A DNA stretch of 34,446 bases, taken from positions 1-34,446 of the IMG/VR virus record IMGVR_UViG_3300034410_000436; one strand, given 5' to 3'. Positions 10,301-18,536 of this stretch are shown piece by piece. Source of the stretch: a virus. Taxonomy: Duplodnaviria; Caudoviricetes. Position numbers and translations under genes: made by a program. The first letter of the stretch is position 1, and each line of letters opens with the position of its first letter. The notes beneath the pieces are model-generated. The model was not told where the DNA came from. It did no database searches and saw nothing but the letters and a program-made list of their open reading frames with translations.

Positions 10301-13300
10301 GCTAAGTGGTTATATAATGCGGCAGTTGGAGCTCTTTGAGCTTCAGGTAATCCAACATTAATACCATTTTCGAAGTATAGTTTAGCAAAGTCTCTCATTG
10401 CAACATTAGAACCGTGTCTAATATCGTAAGCTGTAGCTTCAACTAAGAATCCAACGTCTCTTCTACATTTTGTTTCGTCATAAACTAATGAACCGTGATT
10501 TTGTGCAATCCAAGCAATAGCTTCTTCTTGTAAGAATGGAATGTTAAGAGTTAAGCCTTGAGTTGCAGCTGCATCTGAGTTACCAACATTTGCAATACCG
10601 TAATCATAAGTAACTCCAGCAGTACCGTTCTTCATAATGTTAATTACATTATTGAATGCGTTTGTTGCTCTTGTTAATGCAGCACCAGATAGTCTTGGTA
10701 GAATATCGTCTTGTACATATTCGATAGCTTCAACTGTTTCTGATAATTGCTCATTAATTACATTTTGAGCAAGTGCTGTACCTACTCGATAAGCTTTACC
10801 GTAGTATTGTGAAGGATAATCAGAACCAGTTTGTACGTCTCTTGCAACTGCATCGATAATAAATCCTACGTCTCTTGCACATTTTGCTTCATCGTAAGTA
10901 TAGTTATTATCTCGTACAAAACGAACAACTTCTTCTTGGATAAACTCTCTGTTCCATTGTAAAGTCTTTCTTGCAAATGTTCTTGCAGGATCCATTAAAG
11001 GACCGCCCGTAGCGACTGGTAATGGACGTGGTGTTTGTTGTCCAACCGATATGTCAAGTGATCCAGTATAATCTGGAACTACTAATCTGTCATCTACTAC
11101 GTTAGCAATAATCATTGCAAGGTTCTTAGCAGCTAATCCTGTTGCAGCGTCAGCGGCATCAAGAGTAACATTTTGCATTTCAAGGTTACCAGTAACTTGT
11201 GATAATCCATCAGTTAATGCACTTACAAATGTATGAGCTCCGGTATATGCTCCAGCAGCTGATACCCACATTGTAATAGTTGTACCTGATACTCCAATAA
11301 TTGGGCAAGGCTTGTGGTGGAATCTATGATGTGCTTCTGGACTTGCGTGATCTTGTGCACCAGATCCTGTATCACAACTAAATGTAATTGCACCTTCGGT
11401 AAACCAAATATAATCGTCAGTTGTTAATGTGTGAGTACCAATCGTTGCTACCATAATACCAGTTACTGGATCGTAAGTAGCGTTAGTTGGAGTAAATCTA
11501 GAACCGAATACTGGCTCATTGATTTCGTTCTTAACAACTTTTTCCATTACATCAGCAATATGTGTAAATGCTAATCTTGATGGTTCTCTTTGATAATATG
11601 GTAATGTATTTACTGCGCCTTCGAAGTAATATCTTGCGTTGTAAACTGTAGCAGTATCTCCACCATACTCTAAATCTTCTGAGATTGCATCAACAATGTA
11701 ACCAACGTCTCTAGAACATTTGGTAACTTCGTAACCGTGACCATCGAATGTTTCGTAAATATGATCGATAATTTCAGTTTGATACTTAGGCTTCTGACCA
11801 AGTATTGCTTCTGATTCAGACTTAAGTGGATAGTTTGAAGTTAATTTATAAACTGGTTCTACAACTGTTGGAACTGTTCCATCATTTTGTTCAAGTGTTT
11901 CACCAATTTGAGCAAATAAGTTTACAGCCCTTGAAGCAATGCTTACACCAAGTGATCTTCTTAATCCGTTAGTTGTAGCACTTACAAATGTATGGACTTT
12001 ATCAACACCGGCTTTACCAACTTGCATTGTAATAGTTGTTGAAGTTACTGAGTCAATTCTAACAGGCTTGTTAAAGATTGGATCAGTAGGTCTTGGGTGT
12101 GAGATATTAATCGGTGTAGGATCAGAATCTGATGTTGGGCAACTAAATGTAATTGCGTTTTCATCAAAGATTACGTGATCACCTTTAACAAATCTATGTC
12201 TGTCACCAAGTGTCATTGTCATAACACCGGTTAAGTGGTTATATGCAATGTCTGTTGCTGTATAAGCGTCAGCCATAGTAGCTCTTCTAACACTGTTAGC
12301 AGTAGCACTAATGAAACTATGTACATCAGTATTTGAACCGGCTGAGCCTGCATTTACTGTAATTGTTTGAGCAGCAATGTCTGTAATTACGTATGGCTTA
12401 CCAAGATTAGGATCATTTGCATTTGGATGAGAATCTGTACCACCGCCATTAAATGCGCATTGGAATGTAATTGCATTAGGATCGATACTAATACGATCGC
12501 CAATTGCGAAAGTATGAACTCCAATTGTTAATACCATAACACCAGTTACTGGATCGTAAGTAGCATTCGATGGAGAGAAAGATTCTTCATCAGTTAATAC
12601 TTGAGTTTCTGTACCTTGTAGAGGAGTAACTGTTTCGCCTCTTACAATTTGTCCTACCAAGTAAGATACAAATTCATATGCACCTGATGTTGGAACAATT
12701 TCTTCATCACTTAATACTGGTAAAGCATTTTCGAAATAAAGTCTTGAATTATTTACTGTTGCAGCGTTTCCACCGTGTTGTAAGTCCCAAGAAGCTGTAT
12801 CAACGAAGATACCTAAGTCTCTTTCACAAGCAGCTTGATCATATGTAAATCCAGGATGATTAGCAGCAATCCAAGCAATAACTTCTTTTTGTATAAATGC
12901 TTTGTTATTTTGTAATGCAGTTTTTGCAGCGTATGCGTCAATCGATACTGATTGTCCACCAAATACTAATGCGTCAGCAGCAGCATTTCCGTTTGACATA
13001 ATATCGATAATTTCATCGAATGAAGCGTTTGATCTTGCGATTGCAGTAGCGTCAGTTAATACTTCAGTTGCAATCTTATCTTTTAACCAAGTAATAGCTC
13101 CAACTGTTTCAGTAAGCTGATTATTAACTACGTTGTTTGCACCAACTGTACCGATTCTATAACCTTTACCAACATATATTGAGTTAACGTTTGAATCAGT
13201 TGCAATATCTCTTGCTACAGCATTTAAAATAAATCCTGTATCTCGCATACATTTATCTTTGTCATAGATGAAGTAGTTATCATTCATATATGCATCGACT

Positions 13301-16300
13301 TCAGCTTGTAGATATGCTTTGTTCTTTTGTAAGATTCTCGATGCATATACACCTTGTTGAGAACCTGCGACTTTAATAACTGCACCTTCGTCTGCACTTA
13401 CAAATGTATGGGTATCTGTATTTGTTCCTGCAGTACCGCAATAAACTGTAACAACATCACCAGCAACGTTTGTAATTGCTAATGGTAACTTGTATGACCA
13501 ATCACCGATACGTGGTGAGAAATCAGTACCGCCACCATTGTGTGCACAACTAAATGCGAAACTTTGTGGTTGTAATTCGATATGATCGTCAGTTGTAAGA
13601 TCGTGACCTGGAATTGTAATATCTAAAATACCTGTTACTGGATCATAATCTGCAGTTGTAGGAGTATAAGCTTTTAATACTTTAGCAGGATCTGAGAAGA
13701 ACAATGCGTTAGCATCGATACAATCAGATGTTGCACTTACAAATGTATGGTTATTAGCATGGCCATTTGCATTACCTACGTTTACTGTAATTGTATTACC
13801 TGTTACTGCTTTAACTCTTACTGGTTCTTTATATGCAGGGTGGTCGTATAATGGAGCAGCATCTGTTCCTGTTACACCGCCAACGTCACAACTAAATACA
13901 ATTGATTCTGGAGCAATTTCAATCCATTTACCAACTGGTAGATCGTGATTACCAATTGTAAGTTCCATATCGCCTGATACTGGATCGTATGTTGCAGTTT
14001 CTGGAGTAAATGTTCCTGTCCACATATCACCTTCGCGAATAGCGTTGGTTGTTGCAGATACAAAGGTATGAACTGATGTGTCACTTGACTCACCAACATT
14101 TACTGTAATTGTTGTTGCATCTCTATCAGAAATCTTAATTGATTTCTTATATGCAGGATGTCTTTTTTCTGCTTGGATAGCGTTAGTTTCTGCTGATACA
14201 AATGTATGTAATCCACCGCCATTTGCGACTCCACCAACATTCATATGAATCGTATTACCATCAACTCTATCAATAACAATTTGTTTCTTGTAGAATGGGT
14301 GATGTGATTCAGGAGCTGGGTGGTTTGTTATGTCACCATCTAATGCACATGTAAATACAATTGAGTTTGGTTTGAACTCTACAAGATCGCCAGCTTTAAG
14401 AGCATTTGTTCCAATGTTTGCACTGAACTCGCCAGTTGCTGGATCATAAGATGCAGTTGTAGGAGTATAGTTAATAAACTCAGTAGTTGGATATGAATGC
14501 TCAGTAACGTTACCGTCTAATGCGCATGTAAATGTTAAACTATTTGGTTCAATAAAGATACTATCGCCAATTTGGAAATCGTGAGAACCAATTGTAAGTA
14601 CTGTTGTACCTGATGTCGGAGTATATACTGCATTTGTAGGAGTATATTTCTTACCATTATTGTTAAGCAATCTAGTCATTTCATCGAATGCTTTATTTGC
14701 TCTATCTTCAGCAATTGAATTAGTTACTAAGTCTGCAGTTTCTGCTTTTAAGTAATTAATTGAACCAACTGTTTCGACCAACTGATCAGTAACACTAACT
14801 TCTCCAGACTTAGTACGATAAGCCGCACCAGTTTGAATTGAGTTATAGTTTGTACCAAGCATTACATCTCTTTGAACTGCTGGTAAGATATATTCTTCTG
14901 TATCTCTGTGACATTTCTTACTGTCATAGAAGTAGAATTCATTATCTACCCAGTCCATCATGTAATCTTGTACGAACTCTCGGTTTAATTGTAAACCTGC
15001 TCGAGCATTACGCTTATTAACATCGATAGATGAATTATCGCTGAATGTAATTGCGTCGCCGATTACTGATACTGCATGATCTTTTGCTTCAACAAATCTA
15101 TGTTCGAAATTAGCTTTTCCTAATCCTGGATTAACTGTAATCGTTTTAGCTGATACAGCAACAATTGGTAATGCAGCCAAGTAAGCTTTATCAACTTTTC
15201 TTGGATGACTGATTTGTGTTTTAAAGTTATCAGAAGCACATGTAAATGTAACCCCGCCTTCTGCAATATTAACATAACGTCCAACTGTTAAATCGTGGGT
15301 ACCAATTGTAATAACCATTCTACCAGTTTCTGGATCATATGTTACTTTAGTTGGAGTATATTTCTTACCTGAGTTAGCAAGAGCATTAATGATCGTATTA
15401 AATGATGCATAAGCGTCTACTGCGCCAGCAGGAGAATCGTCTTGAATAATTTCATCAGTTGTTTTACGTAATCTTTCGAAAGCAGCTACTGTTTCATTTC
15501 TTTGATTTTCAAGAGATGTTCTAGCAGTATTAACATAGTATGCTAATCCAGTAGTTACAGCATTATAGTTTGTATCCAATAACATGTCAAACTTAGTTGC
15601 TGGTAAGATATATTCTTTTACGTCTCTTTCACATTTATCGCCATCGTAAGCATAGAATTCATCGTTGTTATCGATCCAATCTACAAACTCATCAATGATT
15701 AAGTTTCTGTTATCTTGAACAAGCTCTCTTGCCGCAACTGCGTCTGTATCGCCAGTATTAGCAAAGATAATATCTTCGGCAGCTTCTTCACCATTTTGAA
15801 GAATATTTAATGTTTCATCTAAAGATCTATCTAAACGAGTTTGTACTTCGCCTGATTGTTCGTTAGTAAAGATATGATTAATGTCTGCTTTAATATGTTC
15901 AATAGAACCTACTGTTTCAGTCATTTGATCGCTAATAACAACATATGAAATTGGCGAACGATATGTGATACCGTTTAAACGACCCCAGTAGTTAGAATTT
16001 GTTGCAACGTCATAAGATGCAGAATCAACAATTAATCCTGTATCTCTGAAACATTTATCAGCATTATAACCTTGATAACCAAGTCCTGGTCCGCCTTCAA
16101 ATCCTGTTGTAGTATTTGCAGTTAAATAATCGATCATATTATCGATAATTTCAGCTTGATTTTCATCAATTGTATCTGCAAAATCTGTATTAGAAATTAG
16201 GTTAAGGTCATTAGCTTGTGCAGGTTTAATAATAACGGTTGAACCTCTTGCACGCATTGAGATGTCACCGAACTGAGAACCTGAGTTGTTCAATGTCATT

Positions 16301-18462
16301 TGACCACCGTCTAATGCGAAGAACGCTTGACGTGTAAAGATCGAAAGTGAACCAATACCGTTAACACCAGCACCGTTCTTAGCAACGTAACCTGTACCGT
16401 TTTGAGTACGAGGTGTGAAACCGAAACAAAGTACGTAGGTGTATAGTGAGTCAGTATCAAGTACCGCTCTATCCGCTAAAAGACAACCACCACCACGGCC
16501 AACCAATCTATTTGGGAAGTCGTCAATTCCAATAGATTCCACTGTACCCGTACCACCACGTTGGGCGTAAAGCATATCTCCAACATCTACATTTCCTTTC
16601 AAGTTCCTTACGTAAATCTGGCTTGCTGAATCAATATCTGCAATGTAAGAAATATAGCCGCTTGCTCCGCTTGAGAATGTTACTTCGTCATCAATCTGAA
16701 ATTGTGCTTGAGGAGAGTGACCAGCTTCTAAATAAAACTCTTGGCCTAAATCAAGAATATTACCTTTTGAGTTAAATGGATTTAGAGGTGGTTCAACATC
16801 TAGACGGTTGAAGTTTGAAAGCTGCGAGCTATCTCTTAAGTATGGAGATCTTCTTAACAATGCACCTGGACGATATGCAATAGCGAAACCGCCTTCAGGT
16901 TGGTCAAAGTTATCGACCTCGAAGTTCATGTATGAGAAGCCTTGTACATAACAACCAGAACCAACTAAGATACCGTTTGTTTTCTCGTAACCTTTCTTCT
17001 TTTGAATAACTGTAGCATATTGACCTGCAGTAGAAGTTAATGAACAATCATCTGGAAGACTGATTGGCTCATCTACATAATAGGTACCTGGGCCACAGGA
17101 AATATGAACTGCGTTATTAATATCGTTACGATCAAAAGATCCACCGGCTTTTTGTAAAGCAAGTTCTTCCGCTCTTTTAAGAGTACGAATTGGTTGAAGA
17201 ATTGTACCAGGATTTTTATCATCGCCGTCTGTTGAAACGTGAACCTTAAGTGATTTTTCTGTTTTCTTCGAGAACTCATCGTACAATTGACGATATGTCA
17301 TTCTCTCAGTATCACCGGTCTGAACGTTCTTCAGTGCAAAGTAACTGTCTTCGTCAAGCAATGGTTCAAATTGCTTAGTAAGATTCATATCAAAGTCAAC
17401 TAGTTCTGTTTCTTCGATTGTTGTATTAGAAATCGTAGAATCTGATATATCAGAATTTTGAATAGTTGATCTTTGCTGTACTAAATCTTCGGATGTTGAA
17501 CTTCCAATAGAGATATTTTCTGCAACAACATCATTCATTGCACCAGTTAAGGTTGCATTTTCTAATGTTGGATTAGTAAAGGTGTTATTATTACCAGTAC
17601 CATTTGAGAAATCTGAATCAGTAATTTGAATATTATTAGCAGTAGTATCTCTAATTTCACCATTTGCAAAAACTGAATTAGTAATAAGAACGTTATCAAG
17701 ATCACTGTCTGAAATGTCCGTATCAGTAATTACGCCATTTGCAAAAGTTGAAGTACTAATAGCAGCACCAAGAATAGTACCTGAGTTCAGTTCGAACCCA
17801 TTCGTGACTGAGTTGGTAAAGGAAGAATTAGCAACTATTAATCCAAAGGCTTGAGTATCAAACTGAGTACCACCTTGAATAGAAGAGTCTTCTATAGTTG
17901 AATTGGAGATGCGCGATTCATCTATTACAGCTCTTGCAAGACCTGAGTTATCTATGAATAAATTATTAGCTGTGCCAGCTTCGTACGTTCCGTTGTTGAA
18001 TAACGAATCGTCGATAGTAGAATTAGTGAATAGGTTATTGTTACCAGTACCGTTATTGAACTGGCCAAAATCTATAATCGTGAATGTGAATACGTTGTTG
18101 TTACCTGTTCCATCAGAGAAGTCTGAGTCTACAATCGTAACATTAGAAACTTCAGTACGCGCCATTGTACCATCGAGGATTTCGTTATCGTTAAGAACAG
18201 AATCGTTAACTGTACCGTCGTCGAAATCGTTACGGTTCATCTGGTTGTCTTCAATTGTAGAGTTGAAGATTCTTACACCTGAGATGCTACCGCCAGTAAT
18301 GGTTATTCTATCAAATATTTCATATTGTAAGGCTTGTACGAGTTCTTTTCTCGTAATATTTTTAGTACCGTCATCACCTTGGATAAGGTTAACGATAACA
18401 AAAAGGTCTTCAGAGCGAGTATTGGCACCTTTAATCGGACCTAATTCTGAAATCTTTGACAT
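7396..18462 (-). CDS. Giant 3688-aa virion fibre/appendage protein: acidic solenoid, beta-helix, 12 phycobiliprotein-like globin repeats and 9 beta repeats
   Basis: Fibre-type N-terminus (MSKISEL...EDLFVIVN...TKNITRKEL) and a beta-helix entry motif (VHVSTDGDDKNPG...PIRTLKRA...GPGTYY). Repeated YxxxKCxRDxGxxxxA and YDPxTG...FxC...HTFVSA units follow. A late promoter lies upstream. Confidence 0.9.
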   Translation of the reverse strand: MSKISELGPIKGANTRSEDLFVIVNLIQGDDGTKNITRKELVQALQYEIFDRITITGGSISGVRIFNSTIEDNQMNRNDFDDGTVNDSVLNDNEILDGTMARTEVSNVTIVDSDFSDGTGNNNVFTFTIIDFGQFNNGTGNNNLFTNSTIDDSLFNNGTYEAGTANNLFIDNSGLARAVIDESRISNSTIEDSSIQGGTQFDTQAFGLIVANSSFTNSVTNGFELNSGTILGAAISTSTFANGVITDTDISDSDLDNVLITNSVFANGEIRDTTANNIQITDSDFSNGTGNNNTFTNPTLENATLTGAMNDVVAENISIGSSTSEDLVQQRSTIQNSDISDSTISNTTIEETELVDFDMNLTKQFEPLLDEDSYFALKNVQTGDTERMTYRQLYDEFSKKTEKSLKVHVSTDGDDKNPGTILQPIRTLKRAEELALQKAGGSFDRNDINNAVHISCGPGTYYVDEPISLPDDCSLTSTAGQYATVIQKKKGYEKTNGILVGSGCYVQGFSYMNFEVDNFDQPEGGFAIAYRPGALLRRSPYLRDSSQLSNFNRLDVEPPLNPFNSKGNILDLGQEFYLEAGHSPQAQFQIDDEVTFSSGASGYISYIADIDSASQIYVRNLKGNVDVGDMLYAQRGGTGTVESIGIDDFPNRLVGRGGGCLLADRAVLDTDSLYTYVLCFGFTPRTQNGTGYVAKNGAGVNGIGSLSIFTRQAFFALDGGQMTLNNSGSQFGDISMRARGSTVIIKPAQANDLNLISNTDFADTIDENQAEIIDNMIDYLTANTTTGFEGGPGLGYQGYNADKCFRDTGLIVDSASYDVATNSNYWGRLNGITYRSPISYVVISDQMTETVGSIEHIKADINHIFTNEQSGEVQTRLDRSLDETLNILQNGEEAAEDIIFANTGDTDAVAARELVQDNRNLIIDEFVDWIDNNDEFYAYDGDKCERDVKEYILPATKFDMLLDTNYNAVTTGLAYYVNTARTSLENQRNETVAAFERLRKTTDEIIQDDSPAGAVDAYASFNTIINALANSGKKYTPTKVTYDPETGRMVITIGTHDLTVGRYVNIAEGGVTFTCASDNFKTQISHPRKVDKAYLAALPIVAVSAKTITVNPGLGKANFEHRFVEAKDHAVSVIGDAITFSDNSSIDVNKRNARAGLQLNREFVQDYMMDWVDNEFYFYDSKKCHRDTEEYILPAVQRDVMLGTNYNSIQTGAAYRTKSGEVSVTDQLVETVGSINYLKAETADLVTNSIAEDRANKAFDEMTRLLNNNGKKYTPTNAVYTPTSGTTVLTIGSHDFQIGDSIFIEPNSLTFTCALDGNVTEHSYPTTEFINYTPTTASYDPATGEFSANIGTNALKAGDLVEFKPNSIVFTCALDGDITNHPAPESHHPFYKKQIVIDRVDGNTIHMNVGGVANGGGLHTFVSAETNAIQAEKRHPAYKKSIKISDRDATTITVNVGESSDTSVHTFVSATTNAIREGDMWTGTFTPETATYDPVSGDMELTIGNHDLPVGKWIEIAPESIVFSCDVGGVTGTDAAPLYDHPAYKEPVRVKAVTGNTITVNVGNANGHANNHTFVSATSDCIDANALFFSDPAKVLKAYTPTTADYDPVTGILDITIPGHDLTTDDHIELQPQSFAFSCAHNGGGTDFSPRIGDWSYKLPLAITNVAGDVVTVYCGTAGTNTDTHTFVSADEGAVIKVAGSQQGVYASRILQKNKAYLQAEVDAYMNDNYFIYDKDKCMRDTGFILNAVARDIATDSNVNSIYVGKGYRIGTVGANNVVNNQLTETVGAITWLKDKIATEVLTDATAIARSNASFDEIIDIMSNGNAAADALVFGGQSVSIDAYAAKTALQNNKAFIQKEVIAWIAANHPGFTYDQAACERDLGIFVDTASWDLQHGGNAATVNNSRLYFENALPVLSDEEIVPTSGAYEFVSYLVGQIVRGETVTPLQGTETQVLTDEESFSPSNATYDPVTGVMVLTIGVHTFAIGDRISIDPNAITFQCAFNGGGTDSHPNANDPNLGKPYVITDIAAQTITVNAGSAGSNTDVHSFISATANSVRRATMADAYTATDIAYNHLTGVMTMTLGDRHRFVKGDHVIFDENAITFSCPTSDSDPTPINISHPRPTDPIFNKPVRIDSVTSTTITMQVGKAGVDKVHTFVSATTNGLRRSLGVSIASRAVNLFAQIGETLEQNDGTVPTVVEPVYKLTSNYPLKSESEAILGQKPKYQTEIIDHIYETFDGHGYEVTKCSRDVGYIVDAISEDLEYGGDTATVYNARYYFEGAVNTLPYYQREPSRLAFTHIADVMEKVVKNEINEPVFGSRFTPTNATYDPVTGIMVATIGTHTLTTDDYIWFTEGAITFSCDTGSGAQDHASPEAHHRFHHKPCPIIGVSGTTITMWVSAAGAYTGAHTFVSALTDGLSQVTGNLEMQNVTLDAADAATGLAAKNLAMIIANVVDDRLVVPDYTGSLDISVGQQTPRPLPVATGGPLMDPARTFARKTLQWNREFIQEEVVRFVRDNNYTYDEAKCARDVGFIIDAVARDVQTGSDYPSQYYGKAYRVGTALAQNVINEQLSETVEAIEYVQDDILPRLSGAALTRATNAFNNVINIMKNGTAGVTYDYGIANVGNSDAAATQGLTLNIPFLQEEAIAWIAQNHGSLVYDETKCRRDVGFLVEATAYDIRHGSNVAMRDFAKLYFENGINVGLPEAQRAPTAALYNHLAAVAEQVVLKQTVTPTTGNGVSQVTSGFGNVVGASGIEVELLIKIVADIITDDSLINLPQAREATITDAAATGYNFETEKDLILGRKEALGSSVVQYLNDKFAFLQYEEARCRRDTGYIVDAISHDIQYGGNAAMHGTAELYFKNAVNILPIDQRQATREAFEYMAKVVQHVVRNEPVEREIGNQFTPTSASYDPDSGIFTATLGTGHGLTAGDHVMIAPESIVFTCSLDGDIAEHPSPQLGDPYYGNPYYITSADATTITMQVGKVAYGKGGGAHTFVRASLNAISHVTGNHVKQEMPTIATRRPIATEAMNLALMLSKVSDDNSPSAIPARVEPFTNWIDADILAAKNVIDNNTVQMATDLQTYIYDTYNGISYSKEKCRRDVGTMIDALSHDVNYSTNYATVQTAGLYFVNAVSVLPADQRQQTARFFTELADTVEKIVVGGTVDTSISKHSSSTQVAVTAATAVEAEEVADLVRIVEDTIRRDSIDAIPAITEPDLSWVDADRIAAANSIDENLDELADDVTEFLKDTFTIVDYSKAKCRRDAGYILDAMSWDLNYGGNLATRWNANFYFWNNELRVPEDTREATAQAYRQLGYIVAQIVRGTYPGQVIRSELGTEVQSKQATDLGLIFYNALFYNDVNKLGPSIDPDFGWETDKTFKFAKDILGDNRTRIQREVQRFITSEYKFIDLPKTYRDAGNFLKVIQNDFRYTDPSLNPNNLYNVSGAGADQASRSFVGALFNIDAQHVFPVFNPPASFANWRNLRFKGTVVDAAARDALTDMKRWDAYIIPTNNNDNRYVGEIFHWTGVAWASVGQNNTDLLDAFTGAWTQMKTYINNNIAPDLTHRNMVTELIDNVIIDSVIRPNFLVFGSLVESIAHQFNGASAGVNRNALPLNFRNVGAAIGANASVLSENGGRIRWSGSDELNNQYFARGLKINGRTGRIEGRPFTSSVRKLARRASNSRASL
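8100..16200 (-). repeat. Array of 12 helical CxRD repeats (phycobiliprotein/globin-like)
   Basis: Cys codons at about 16051, 15631, 14911, 13249, 12826, 11716, 10879, 10465, 9967, 9160 and 8674, with a degenerate TYRD copy at about 8218. Spacing is 138-166 aa where no beta repeat intervenes. Confidence 0.8.
9445..15366 (-). repeat. Nine ~100-aa beta-rich repeats with conserved Cys and His
   Basis: Consensus (Y/F)TPTxAxYDPxTGxMxxTIGxHxLxxGDx(I/V)xIxxxxIxFxC...P...TITVxVG...HTFVSA, counted nine times in the translation. Confidence 0.85.
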
Positions 18463-18502
18463 TTGATGATACCCTTATGTGTTATAGCTCGTTGTTTAAC
18501 TT

Positions 18503-18510
18503 TATTTATA
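18503..18510 (-). promoter_or_regulatory. T4-type late promoter TATAAATA
   Basis: Plus-strand tatttata at 18503-18510, intergenic, about 40 nt upstream of the giant gene ATG at 18462. Confidence 0.8.
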
Positions 18511-18536
18511 TAAAATAGGATGCGCAATTCCAGTTC

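Noticed and set aside
8100-16200. Twelve repeats as a single-chain mimic of an (alpha-beta)6 phycobiliprotein hexamer
   Set aside because: The subclasses do not alternate and the X/Y dimerisation helices seem absent, so the count of 12 may be coincidence.
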